Positions 49,601-63,060 of a stretch of 64,000 nt of DNA are shown piece after piece. The notes under the pieces are model-generated. The model was not told the origin of the DNA and did not search any database. It worked only from the letters and a program-made list of their open reading frames with translations. Every line of letters begins with the position of its first letter. The stretch's first letter is position 1. This DNA is from Basidiobolus meristosporus CBS 931.73 (taxonomy: Eukaryota; Fungi; Basidiobolomycota), in the NCBI GenBank assembly GCA_002104905.1, contig MCFE01000113.1:1-64000 (forward strand). The letters are read 5' to 3'. Both the position numbers and the translations under genes were made by a program.

Positions 49601-52136
49601 CGGCCACCATGGAAGCAAAGGTGGCTTCCTGCTCCTCACGGAGAAGATCTATCTCCTTACTGTGCTGCTCTTGGAGAAGGCGAATCTCTTCAGCATGCTT
49701 GGATTTAGTGTTTTCCAATTCTTCTGGCAGGCTTTTGAGTTGGTCAAGGTCCACATCTGGATCAGATGCCGATTGCGATTCCTTTAGTATCTCAAGGTCT
49801 TGCCCTAATTTCTCTATCTCAGAAGCGTGAGCTTGGCGTAATTGCGCAAGTTCCTCGGCATTTGATGCTTTGAGAGTATCCAACTCTTTGATGTTTTCTT
49901 CCAACTGCTGAGTCAGTTTCTCAATCGATGCTTGGGCTATAGCAAGGGCTTCGTCATGCTGGGAACGAATGGTTTCCAATTCGTGAGTATGGTTAACCTT
50001 GAGCGCCTCAACCTCACTGTTTAGTTCCTCGATGGCCGATTCATGGGCTATCTTGAGGGAGTCAATTTCATCACTTTGCAATGATCTGGTGGTTTCCAGT
50101 TCGTTGAGTTGCATGGCCTTTAATTCTTCAATCTTGTCGTTGAGTTTCAAGACTTCAGACCGATGATTCTCATTTAAGCTTGTCATTTCCTCAGAGTGCG
50201 ACTGCTTCAATTCCTCTATGTTGTCCAAAGAAGTCTGGTGGTCTTTGTTTTTCTCCTCCAGTTCTTTGAGCTCCGTTTCATGCTCTGATTTTAGGCCTTG
50301 GATTGCTTCCTGATGCTCCTCTATGACTGCTTGTAGCTTGCTTGTGGCCGCATCAATCTCACTTTGGTGTTGTGTTTTCAATTCCTCCACTGCCTCACGA
50401 TGAGAGTTGGTCAGCTCTTCAACCTCCAGGCTGTGCTGCTTTTGGAGTTCCTCAATCTGATTGTCGAGCTCCTCCAAAGCTTGGGATTGGTATGAACTGA
50501 GCTTCTCCGAAGTTTCGAGCTCGTGTGTGGTGCGGAGGTCATCCAATTCTTGAATATGCTGTTGTTTTAAAGTTTCCAGATCCTTCTTCAGCCCTTCAAT
50601 GAGCAAGTCTCTTTGCTCAATGTCACCACTAGAGATCTGGGCTTCGAGCTCCTCTCTGAGCTGTTGAAGCTCCTCAACATGCTTTGATTTGATATTAGCG
50701 ATCTCTTCCTCAAGTGTGTGAATGCTGTCCTGATGCTTCGCCTCAATGGAGGTAAGGTTTTCCTCATGCTGCGTGTGGATTCCTTCTAACTCTTGGGAAT
50801 GTGACGCTTTTAAGGCAGCTAACTCTTCATCGAATCGTTCCTGCGCTGCCTTAGACTCATTTTGGAGTTGCTCAAGCGCATTCTTATCCTCAGTGTTCTT
50901 GCTTTGCTCCAGGGCATTCATCTCTTCCTGGTGGGCATCCTTTAATGCTAGGATTTCTTGCTGGTGTTGCTCCTTCAATTCCTGAAGGGTCTGCGAATGC
51001 TCGTTGTGTATGCTATCTAACTCGGATTTCAAGGTCTGCACCTCTTGGGACAAAGCATTGATCTCGCTTTCTTTCGCGAGAATAGCCTCTTCGTGAGTGC
51101 TCTTCAAGGTATTCAATTCAGTATCATGCCCCTGTTTCAGATTCTCCATTTCCTCAATGTGGCTGTTTTGGAGGGACTCGATTTCCTCTCTGACTACATC
51201 CTCGGTAGGGGCATCGACATTGGCGCTTGGCTCGATGACTTTTTCCTTCAATGCCTGCAGTTCGGATTCTCGGTTCTGGAGAAGCTCCTCTTTTTCCGCT
51301 AGCGTTTTGGTGACTTCGTCGTACTTCAGCCGCAACTCCTCCAGCTCGGTGGTTAGTTTTCCAGCTGAGCCGACCGCACTTCTTGTCGTGGTACCTACAG
51401 GCTTCTTTTCAAATGCGGCCACGCGGTCGGCTACTCGACTTCTGGCGGAGTTGGTTGTCGAGGCGGAGCCAGCTGGTGGTGCTTTTTTAACCGAAGGAGT
51501 GGAGGGGGTCGTCGCAGTACTGGTACGGGCGAGAGGTCTGGTCGCGGGGGTTGCTGGTGTCTTTTGAGCCAGAGTGCTCTTCGCCAAGGTGGGAGATTTT
51601 GTTGCGGAGGTCACAGGCCTTGCAGTCCCTTTGGCGGTGACAGGAGTTGTTACACTAGGCTTAGTCGTGGCGGTTGAGGCTCGCGAGATGGGAGTTGTTG
51701 CTCCTCGACTTACGGTTGGCTTGGTCGTAGTTGGGGAGCGAACTGAAGAAGCCGAGGGTTTGGTGGCGCCCATAGATTCCCGCTTAGCCCGAGTAGAGGT
51801 TGGGACTTTAGTAACCACAGGAGGCATGGAACGTCTTTTGGACGGATCCACAGTTTTTTTGGTAGAGCTGGTGGAGGTTGAAGAAAGCCTGGAGGCAGGT
51901 CTAGAGGTTTTCTCAGCCTCACTTACAGGAGTCTCTTGTCCCTCCAAGTTACCTTCCGAAGCGGTCTTTTCGTTGGATTGAGGTGGCTTGTTTTCCGACT
52001 CTGAGTCATCGCTGATAGGCTGGGGTTTCAATGGGCTGTCAAGAAGACCATCTTGAAGCTCGGCTTGGGAAGCTTCAAATTCAGCCCTAGTTGTGGTGGG
52101 GCAAGGAGTTGGGGGTTCAACAGTCATGGTATCCAT
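46678..52136 (-). CDS. Giant coiled-coil protein (about 1760 aa) with a basic S/T/P/K-rich N-terminal region; 3 introns
   Basis: Exons 52136-47892, 47835-47479, 47418-47278 and 47220-46678 all splice in frame. About 280 aa of low-complexity basic sequence, then an acidic E/L/Q/K/H-rich helical rod. No family assignment is supportable. Confidence 0.85.
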
Positions 52137-53404
52137 TTGGTCTACAGAGAGAAGAAAAACAGGTCAGTAAAGCAAAAGTGGGCAGGATAGATAAGGACAT
52201 GAGCCCACCTCAGATTAGGGAAGCCTAAGAATTAAAGTGGTACTATACAGATACAGACACAGGGGAACCTGCTAATGGATTGAGTAGGTTAGTTCGAATA
52301 GTCCGGCTTTAGACAGAGAAGCAAGAATCCCTAGGGCGATGGTGGACTAGTATTAATGCTCAGAGTGTACGGGGCCTGAAGGGGTCAACCAAGTCGGGTA
52401 TGTCCATAATCTATTTTAGCTTAGCCAATCGTGGGTTGATCTCTATATTATCCCTTAATGCCAAACCAAACTTTAGCGGGCAATTTGCAACACCCAAAGT
52501 GATTTGGTTCACCTTGATTGGCATGATAGCAGATGCCTTAGACTCCTTATTTTGTACTTGTGCTACTGGTTTGCGTCGCACCTCATTGAAAATTTTTGAT
52601 TGTTTCGCCCAAAATCCGATATATATTGGTGGAGTGGTGTGTGAAATGATTGCAATTTGGGATGTTGCTTCAAATTCCCCTTCACCGATATCACCAATGC
52701 GAAGCATGTTGCCAGACTCCCCTTGTAATGGAAATTGGTGTTAGCTGTTGCATCTTACCATACCAACCTATTACTGGCTGATTCCACAGGTTCTGGGCCT
52801 TAGGCGAGGGATTAATTTGTCCAGTGCTTTCTCCATACCTTGATTCATCCGTTTCCATCATGCTGGCTGTAGATTTTCCCTCAACTTCTTTGCTAATGGA
52901 GTCTCTGAATTCAATGTGTTTGTTATGGCTTCTCCCACCTCCATAAATAATTACAACTGAGAATTTGAAGGAAAAACACCAGCTAAATGCCAGCACCATA
53001 TCACTTGAATACAAGCAGAATACTTGTAACTTATCAGATGAATTCTGAGTATGAGGTTTTTCATTGGGATGTTAAAGGGAAGATTTTTGTGTACACAGTA
53101 GTTCTCTCAGTTCCACTAGCCCATAGAAAATTCAAGTATGGTTCCATATTGATAATCCTGAGATAAATTGCAGTAATAGCTATTGGTAAGATATATTTCA
53201 CAATCTGAATGCAACCCAGCCTCTTGGCCTGCCTCTAAGGTAGAGTCACCATCTTACTTTGGGTACTACTGCTTCCAAATAAATATAAATAGATATAGCT
53301 ATATTTGTAAACTATGCTTCAGACCAACTAGTTGAGCAACTAATCTGAGAGGATATTTAGGCACTAATACAGAATCTACAACACTATCACTAAATATTGA
53401 CATT

Positions 53405-56400
53405 TGTTGTAAAAGTCTGTAGCTACTCCTAGGTATTCACTTAGCCTAGGCACTTAGATTCTTACCTACAAGCTGTATAGACTTATGACCAAATTCCTTG
53501 CTGAGATTTACTTGGAACTGTTGTAAAAATTTGTATTTCCACCTAAATATTCACCTAACTTAGTCACTTAGATCATCACCTTCAAATCCTAGAGAATACT
53601 GACCAAATTCCTTGTCGGGATTTACTTAGAATATTTTCACCAAAATACCAGGTACCCAGAACATGAAAATTTGATAAGTTGTCCAAACAGCCCCAAACTT
53701 TGCACACAAGTACTTGGGACCTTCCTTAACCTATTCTATGTGTTTGTAATGCCAAGACCAGGTAAAAGTATAAATACTACTTTTACATTCAATAAATCAT
53801 TAAGTGAAAACCACATAATCTACTTGTTCTCCAAATCACTTCCAATATCTCCAAGACTCTTACAACAGGTTATGAGCCCCGAGCTGTCACTCTCTGCAAT
53901 GTCTACTACTGCTATTACTGGAATTTTTCCCTCTGCTGAAAAGTTGGATGGATCTAACTACCAAGTGTGGAAGGTGAAGATGAAGATGCTGCTGCAAGAA
54001 AGAGGCCTTTGGGATATTGTCATGGGAGAAGAATGTCCTCCTAAAAATGTGGGAGAGGAAGCCTTAAAGTATTAGAAGAAAGAACAAAGTGCCTTTAACT
54101 GCATTTGCCTTAATGTCAAGGACAAATTGCTAATTCAATGCTCAAGAGCAAAAACGGCAAAGAATGCCTGGAAAGCATTAGAAGACACCTACCAGTCATG
54201 TTCAGCTGCCAAGAAAATGTATCTGAGAAGAAAATTCTTTACTACAAAGATGCTGCCAGGAGAAGAAATGAAAAATCTAATTAACAGAATAACCCTGCTG
54301 GTAGATGAGATGGAATCTGTGGGCGTACCAACTACTGATGAGGATGTGATAGTTACCATCCTGAATAGCCTGACAGACGAGTTTCAGGGCCTTGTATCAG
54401 CCCTAGAGTCCAGAACTGAAGATTTGACCTTAAATTACATATATGGAAGGCTCCTGGATGAAGAATTAAGAAAATCAAGCGCCAATAAGAAGGAAGAAGA
54501 AAATGCTTTAATAAGCAATGATAACCAACAAAGGAGGTACCCAAGACCCTACAAAGGCAACAGCAACCTATTTTGCAACTACTGCAAAAGGAAAGGACAC
54601 ACATCAGACCGGTGTTTCAATAAGAGAGATTATCAGCAAAAGAAGCCTGAATATGGAAATGCTGCAACAACTGAAGATAGACTATTCATATCTGCACTAA
54701 ATATGACCACAATCAAGGATTCTCAGACGTGGTATATTGACTCTGGAGCTTCTCAACACTTTACACACCAAAAAGAACTTTTTACCCAATATCAAGAAAT
54801 TCCAATTAAGAAGGTTTTCATGGGTGTCAATAGAACACTTGATGCAGTGGGAGAAGGAACTATCCAAGTAAACCTTAGAAGCAGTGAAGGAAGCCATACA
54901 CTGACCTTTAAAGAAGTACTCTATGTACCAGAAATAGCCAAGAACCTACTCTCTGTAAGCAAGGCCACAGCAGAAGGACTCAGTTTCAGTTTTGACAATT
55001 CTGGATGCAGGATCACTGATCAAAGTGGTGCTCATATTGCTTTGGGCATCAGAGATCAGAATCTATACAAGTTGACTTATATTCCATCATATCTGGAAGC
55101 CAATATAAGTAACTTAAATGAAGAAACACCAATGCTTTGGCACAGGAGATTTGGGCACATCAATTTTGATTATTTGCGCAAAATGATCAAAGATCAGCTA
55201 ATTTCTGGAGTGAAAATTGATCCCCCAGCTAATTTGGAGCACTGTGAAGCCTGCATATATGGGAAACAAGCCAGACAACCGTTCAAGAGCTCTGGGTTAA
55301 TCAAACTAAGAAAAAATTAGATCTAATTCACTCAGATCTGTGTGGACCTATGCAAAATTTATCCTTAGGCGGGATGAAGTATTTAATCACTTTTATTGAT
55401 GATTATGCAAGATACACATGGGTCTACTTCATGGAGAGAAAGGAAGAAGCTCTGTCTAAGTTCAGGGAGTTTAAAGCCATGATGGAGAGAGAAACTGGTG
55501 AAAAAATCAAGAAAATACGCTCTGACAATGGTGGAGAATATACCTCAAAACTCTTCATCCACTTCTGCAAAATTCATGGGATAAAGCAAGAGACTACTGT
55601 ACCATACTCCCCACAGCAAAATGGAGTAGCAGAACAAGCTAACAGATCAATAATTGATATGGCAAGATCTATGATCCATGATCAAAAAATATCCTATGAT
55701 TTTTGGGCGGAATCAGTTGCCACTGCTGTATACCTTAAAAATAGGAGTTATAACAGAATACTTCGTGATTCTACTCCATTTGAAGCATGGTATGGATACA
55801 GACCAAGTGCAGAACATCTAAGAATATTTGGGTGCACAGCATATGCCAAAAAACTGGCCGGAAATCCGTCATAATTTGAGCCAAAAAGTGTAAAATGCAT
55901 ATTTTTGGGCTACTGCAATGAGAGTAAGGCATACAGACTCTACAATACCAAAGCAAAGAAGCTTATCAAGTCCAGGGATGTGTTGTTTGATGAAAATTCA
56001 AAATTTTCACAAAAAATGACATCAGATGATGACAAAAATTTGATCTCAAGTCCACCAATTGTCAGGATTGAATCAGAGCAAAACAATGAAAATTTTTTCA
56101 CTCCAGAGGACTCTACAACCATGGTTCAGCCAGAATCACTGCCCAGGAATATCCCAGAAGTGATCATTCCAGTATCAAATGCCTGGAGATCAAATCGGAC
56201 AAGAAATAGCCCAAATTACTATATTAATGAGGTTACAAACTTAGCCTATGCCTATTCAGTCCATATTGATGAACCCCAGACTGTAAAAGAGGCCCTAAAT
56301 AGCCCTCAGACAAAGTTTTGGAGATCTGCAATGACTGAGGAATATCAGGCTCTGATGGAAAATCAAACTTGGGACTTAGTCAAATTACCAATCAACCAAA

Positions 56401-58018
56401 AATCAATTGGATGCAGATGGGTCTTCAAGACAAAATACAAGGCTGATGGTACAATTGAAAGATACAAAGCAAGACTTGTAGCCAAAGGATACTCTCAAAC
56501 AAAAGGACTTGACTATACTGAGACCTTTGCACCGGTAGCCAAGTTTAATTCCATCAGATTAATATTGGCTATTGCAGCCAAATATAAGTTTTTTATTCAT
56601 CAAATGGATGTAAAAACTGCATTTTGAATGGAGAACTTGATGAGGACGTGTATATGGACCAGCCTGATGGGTTTGTTGACCAAGATAACCCCCATTTGGT
56701 CTGCAAGCTTAAAAAGTCACTATATGGTCTCAAACAATCACCAAGAGCCTGGAATTGCAAAATAGATTCATATTTGAAATCTTTGAGTTTCAAAAGGAGT
56801 AATGCTGACTATAGTATATACTATAAGCCAGATAGAGCAAATCCAGTTCTATTAGCTCTATATGTGGATGATCTTATTATAGCGGCCAATAACCTAGAAA
56901 CATTGGAAGAGACTAAATCCAGCCTATCTAAGGAGTTCAAGATGTCCGATCTAGGAGAACTCAGTTACTACTTAGGGATTAAGTTCTCCATAGACAGAAG
57001 TACCCAGACTATTTCCCTAAGCCAATCCAAGTATATTCAAGATATACTAAAGAGTACAAAATGGAAGACTGTAAACCAGCAGCTACCCCAATGGAGAAAA
57101 ACCTTAACTTGGTCAAAACTCAACCAAATCAAGAGAGCTTGGTGCCATCTGAAAGCCCTGACTTTCCTTAAAACGCCTATTACTTTATTTCAAGATAATC
57201 AAGGATGTATACAATAGGTAGAAATCCAACTTTTCATGCTAGAACCAAGCACATAGATATTAGACATCATTTCATACGTGAAGCTATAGAGAATAACTTA
57301 GTTGGCTTAGTTTACTGTTCTACAGATGAAATGATTGCAGACATATTTACCAAACCATTAGCTAGAGACAAGTTTGAATATCTTAGGTCAAAATTAGGAC
57401 TAGTCAGTATGAACATTTAGCTGAGTGGGAGTGTTGTAAAAATTTGTATTTCCACCTAAATATTCACCTAACTTAGTCACTTAGATCATCACCTTCAAAT
57501 CCTAGAGAATACTGACCAAATTCCTTGTCGGGATTTACTTAGAATATTTTCACCAAAATACCAGGTACCCAGAACATGAAAATTTGATAAGTTGTCCAAA
57601 CAGCCCCAAACTTTGCACACATGTACTTGGGACCTTCCTTAACCTATTCTATGTGTTTGTAATGCCAAGACCAGGTAAAAGTATAAATACTACTTTTACA
57701 TTCAATAAATCATTAAGTGAAAAACACATAATCTACTTGTTCTCCAAATCACTTCCAATATCTCCAAGACTCTTACAACAGGAACATCTTTCATCAAAAT
57801 ACCAGGTACCCAAAACATACTATATCTCAAAGTGCTTAAACAGCCTCAATCCTTGCACACTTGCTGTTGGGATCTTTCTAAGTATACTACATGTTTGTTT
57901 TGCCAAGAGCATGTAAAAGTATCAACACTAATTCTGCATTCAATATATTACTGAGTTAAAAATACAGAATCTACTTGCTCTCCCAGTCACTTCCAATATA
58001 TCCAAGACCCTTACAACA
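53405..58018 (+). mobile_element. Old copia LTR (53405-53518 joined to 57786-58018) split by insertion of element 2
   Basis: The left flank is a diverged LTR 5' part ending gatttacttGGAAC. The right flank resumes atctttcatcaaaataccaggtaccc and ends ccttacaaca, followed by a decayed PBS and gag start. Confidence 0.85.
53519..57780 (+). mobile_element. Ty1/copia LTR retrotransposon 2 (LTRs 53519-53867 and 57432-57780; TSD GGAAC), about 420-bp deletion in RT/RNase H
   Basis: 349-bp LTRs with 2 mismatches, PBS GGTTATGAGCCC at 53868, same gag-pol as element 1 with different stops and frameshifts. Deletion junction near 57168; 4262 bp versus 4685 bp. Confidence 0.97.
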
Positions 58019-58229
58019 GATTATGAGGTCTGAGGTATCCCTCTCTGGAGTGTCTACTTGTGCTATTCCTGAAATTTTTCCTCTGCTTAAAAGTTGGATG
58101 GTGAGAACTACTGATGAACATGTGAGAGGTACCCTCCTCCACAGCCTGACAGGCAATTTACAGGGCCTTGTGTTGGCCATAGCATCCAGAACTGACAATT
58201 CAACTTCTAGTAATGTATTCGGTGTAGTG

Positions 58230-59330
58230 AAAATTTGTGATTACACCAATAGAGCCACCTAGCTTAGTCACTAGGATCAGTTCCTACAGATCTTAGAGAT
58301 CACTGACTAAATTCATTGTTGGGATTTACTTCAAATGTTTGCCCCAAATCATCAGGTACACAGAACATGAAGACCTGTGAAGTTGGCCAAAAAGCCCCAA
58401 ATCTTGATCACACATTCTCAGGACCTTCCTAAACATATTTTGCATGTTCCTTATGCTAAGACCATGTAAAATTATATATACTACACATAAATTCCAAAAA
58501 TTGTCAATTGAAAATCACACATTTTACTTTTTCTCTCAACCACTTCCAATATCTCCTGACTCATTCAACAGGTTATGAGCCCCAAGCTGACACTCTCTGC
58601 AATACCTATTACTGCTATTACTGGAATTTTCCCCTCTGCTGAAAAGTTGGATGAATCTATCTACCAAGTCTTAAAGGAAAAGATGAAGATGCCACTACAG
58701 GAAAGAGGCCCAAGGGTGAATGCTATGAGAGAAGAATCTCCTCCTAAAACTGTAGAAGAAATCTCAAAGTACCAGATGAAAGAACAAAGTGCCATTATTT
58801 GCAATTGCCCCAATGTTAAAGACAAAAAGTTAACTCAATGCTTGAGAGAAAAATGACAATGAATACTTGGGAGGCAGTAGAATGCACCTACCAGTCATGT
58901 TCAGCTACCAACGTATTGTATATTGGGCAAAATTTGTTTACCTCAAAGATGCTCTCAGGAGATGCTACAAAAAATCTATTCAACAGAATTTTCTGTTGGT
59001 TGATAAGATTGATTAAGTGAACATTTATACTACTGATCATGATGTAGTAGTTTCCATCTTGAATAGCTTGACAGATGAGCTTCAGGGACTTGTAACAACC
59101 CCAGAGTCCAGAACTGAAGATTAGGTGTTAACTTACACATAAGGAACACTCCTGGATGAAGAATTAAGTAAATCAAGCACCAATAGGAAGGGAAAAGAAA
59201 ATGCTTTAACAGATAGTATTAATTATCAAAGGAGGTACTTAAGACCCCTTGAAGTCAATGGTGAGCTTTCTTGTAGCTACTGCAAAGAGAAAGTGCACAC
59301 ATCAAACCAGTGCTTTGAAAAATGAGACCT
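58230..59330 (+). mobile_element. Degenerate copia relic (LTR, PBS and gag)
   Basis: LTR-like sequence ending tcattcaaca, then GGTTATGAGCCCC and MSPKLTLSAIPITAITGIFPSAEKLD with many stops. Boundaries approximate. Confidence 0.8.
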
Positions 59331-60199
59331 ATGAAAAATAATGGTGATGATCCTGTTAAAGGCCACTTTTCCTGATTGCCAAGTGAATACAAATGACATG
59401 GCTCTAGACAATTCCAGGCATCAGAAGAGTTCTTGATGACATCACTACAAGCTAATAATAGCCAAAGAAGCTCATGGAAGGTTCTAAAAGGCACAGCACA
59501 TCAAACAATCAGGGATCAGAGGTGTAAAACCTGTGTAACAAAGAAATACCATATAGGGTACTGAAATGGCAGGAATGGTACACAGACCTAGGTTGTATGT
59601 TGCAGGTACTGACATGGGCACTCAACCAATGTAGATACACCTGGTGATTGCCAAGTTAATAACATTTGGGATAACTAATGTTGCTAACAAATCTGGGTAA
59701 ACATCATATGGGGGTAATGCTAACAACTTGTGCAAAGAATAATTGGACAATAATGATAAGATAAAATATGAATAAGTGCATCATAATAGCTATATGAATG
59801 AGCTTGTTGGTGGGAGGTATGACTACCCTACTACATTGTGATCAACTGGATAGCACTATCATGGTAGGTAAAATCCAGTTTTTGGATATGTTTCTTCATT
59901 GGAAATGATATAAATGTGTATCACACTATAAACTACACTGGCACTGAACATTTTGGTTATCATTACCCCAATTTGACAGAGTGCTAATGATTGAGTGATC
60001 TAAGAGTATTCTCAAGCTGTGAGCCCACAACTGGTTCATTGACCTTACACAAGCTACCTAATTTGCCATTGAATATCCCATTCTGCTTACTGAGCAAGTA
60101 AATCCCTGATTTTAGTGATTGGTCAAGGTGTCATAGCTCACATACAACCAATTGAGTAGATACAAAACAGATCAAATAGCTCCACTTGAGTAACAGATG

Positions 60200-60900
60200 A
60201 TATATAAGTATGCAGAGTGTTCTTTTATAGGGATTCTGTCTCAGGTGCAAGACCTTCTACAGGGCAGAGGCACTGTTATTCTGGCAAATACAAGACACAC
60301 TGTGTGAAGTTTCAAGCACTGTCTGACATGGAGGGTAACTTTTCTGGTTCAGTGGGTCATTTGCTGCAAGTAGGCATTACAATGCACTCTGGGTGGAGAA
60401 TCATCCAGAATTCAGTTGAGGGGAGAAATGTATGGCAGTATGAGATTGTATAGAAGAGGATTGTCAGAAATTAGGATGTAGTACAGCCTAAATGAAGCCA
60501 AGGAATGGTGTGCTTAGCAGGAAGCAGAGCTCTGCAATAAGATATTTAATCATTTCAGGGTGAGAGTAAAGCATACATTTGATATCTAAAGAGATTTGTC
60601 ATATTGGCAGGTAAATACAGAGGAAAGTCTTTCATAGATGAAAACAGCGCAATAGGTAAAATAGTCAAAATGCTTATTAATGCCTGGTATATTCATATTA
60701 AAACACACCCACTGAGAGAAATGTATCTGGAGCATTATGAAGACTGAATAAAGCAAGAAAAGCACTATTCTGGGCAACATTAGTAAGTCAAGTAAAATTA
60801 CAATTGACTGTATCCTACCACTGGCATGTTGGTAGAGATCATAGTGCCAGATTGATCAGACACTATAAATAGGCTGGCAATATATGGCACTATTTGAATG
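60200..60900 (+). mobile_element. PIF/Harbinger-like DDE transposase relic, copy A
   Basis: RPSTGQRHCYSGKYKTHCVKFQALSDMEG resembles the DDE_Tnp_4 core; colinear with the reverse complement of 62230-63060. Boundaries approximate. Confidence 0.7.
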
Positions 60901-61529
60901 GGGCAAGTCTGATACATATCCAGCTCATCCAGTCCTTGCATTTGCATTATTGCATATGTATATGAATACTGATTGGAGCCTGCACGAGCAATATTAGGTA
61001 GTGAATACTCCATGATATCTTGCCAATTCTTTCAAGTTTCTCTAGTATCTCAAAGGGTGCATTTAGATTGAAATGCCCCATATACAACTTTGTAATTAGT
61101 ATAAGGATATTATTGAAGAGAAAGTGCTTTACTCCCAGTGGAAAGCTTTTGCTCCAACAAATTCACTCTATTGTACATATCTCCAGTTTTTGTTAATTAC
61201 ATATTTATGAGAGTGCTTATAGCTTGCCACCTGGCTGCAATTGCATGCGCACTTTTGTATACTCTCTCTATGGGAGGATGATGTTCCTAGTGTTGGTGTT
61301 TGGATTAAAATGCTGTATGTGAGTTATGAAATGAGTCCCTTGAATCCCACACACTCAACAAGTGCAGGGTCCATTTTGCCTAGCTAAGCTATCTATATTG
61401 CCAATGCTGGGGTATCTCCAATGAAGATAATAACAAAAGCTTTAACATAAGGGACATTTGCTAGTTTCGCATTGAATAGCATACAATGTTCATCCATCAT
61501 TGGATACAGGCACATTCATTGTATGATCA

Positions 61530-62130
61530 AGTGAGGACCACATGATCTATTTGTTCTCACAACTACTTCCAACATCTCCAAGACTCTTACAATAGGTTAT
61601 GAGCCCCAAGCTAGTACTCTCTGCAATTGCCACTACTGCTATTATTGGAATTTTTCCCTCTGCCAAAAAGACGGATGGCTCTAACTACAAAGTGTGGCAT
61701 GTGGAGATATGAATACAACTATTTTTTCATGGGAGAAGAATGCCCTGCTAAATATGTGGGACAGGAAGCGTTGAAGTACTAGAGGAAAGAATATAGTGCC
61801 TTTGACTGAATTTGTCTAAATGTTAAAGACAAGTTAATAATTAAATGCTATAGAGCAAAACAGCAAAGAATGCCTAGAAGGCATTAGAAGACACATTCAG
61901 TCATATTCACTGCTAAGAAAACTCTTCTTGTACAAATATTTTTACTACACAGATACCGCAAGAAAAAGAAATAAAAATCCAATTAACAGAATTGCCCTGT
62001 ATGTGGATAAGATGGAATCTGTGAGTGTACCAACCACTGATAAAGATGTGACAGTTACCATCCAAAATAGTCTGACAGAAAGGCTTCAGGGCCTTGTATT
62101 AGCAATAGAGTCCAGAACTAAGATATGACC
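61530..62130 (+). mobile_element. Degenerate copia relic (LTR end, PBS, gag)
   Basis: ctccaagactcttacaata then GGTTATGAGCCCC and a decayed gag (KMESVSVPTTDKDVTVTI). Boundaries approximate. Confidence 0.75.
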
Positions 62131-62229
62131 TCAGGTCAAGTATATGGAATCCCTATGAAAAATTATTGTGATGATCCCATCAAAAGGCTGCCCCAAATTT
62201 AAAGGCCCATGACCAAGAGGTATAAGACT

Positions 62230-63060
62230 TGTTCTGTTGAATAGTGCCACATAGTGCCAGCCTGTATATAGTGCCAGATTGATTTGGCACTTTACAACAC
62301 CATCTGGCACTCTAATTTCTACCACTGTGCCAGTGATAGGATACAGTTACTGGTATTATTACTCAATCTTACTTACGTTGCTCAGAACTGTGCTTCTCTT
62401 GCTTTATTCACTCTTCAAAAATCTCCAGACACATTTCTCTCAGTGGATATCTTCCTGTATGAATATACCAGGCATCAATCAGTATCTTAACTACTTTACC
62501 TATTCTGCTGCTTTCTCCTATGTATGACTTTCCTCTGTATTTACCATCTAATAGGCTGAATCTACTTAGTTATCCAAATATATGCTCTACTCTCACTCTG
62601 AAATGATCAAATATCTCATGGTAGAGCTTTGGCATCCTATTAAGCACACCACTCCTTGGCTTCATTTAAGCTTTACTACATCCTAATTTCTGACAATCCT
62701 CTCTCATATGAGCTCATTCTACATTACACTTCTCCCCTCTGCTGAATTCTGAATGATTCTCCACCCAGAGTGCTTTATTATGCTTACTTCCAGCAAATAG
62801 TCCTTTAAACCAGATGATGCTACCCTCAATGTCAGACAGTGCTTGAAACTTCATACAGTGTTCCTTGTGTTTGCCATAATGAAAGTGCCTCTGCCCTCTG
62901 GGAGGTCTGTAAATCCTGACTGGGAGGTATCCAAATACTCCTGCTATGGAATCTATTGCTGAACACTCTGGGATATAGAAGTCTATTGGAGCTTCTGAAC
63001 CTAGTATTCCAAGCTTGGCCTTGGCCATTCATACCCTCTGCAAGGTGGTTCTTCATTGCT
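62230..63060 (-). mobile_element. PIF/Harbinger-like DDE transposase relic, copy B
   Basis: IDSIAGVFGYLPVRIYRPPRGQRHFHYGKHKEHCMKFQALSDIEG, later FRVRVEHIFG, and clustered AGTGCCA/TGGCACT motifs at 62240-62340. Boundaries approximate. Confidence 0.72.

Noticed and set aside
32030-57420. Classical RIP as the cause of copia nonsense codons (CAG/CAA to TAG/TAA)
   Set aside because: C-to-T stops are biased to that context by ascertainment. Other differences include CpG, CpC and transversion changes, and overall divergence is low, unlike RIP.
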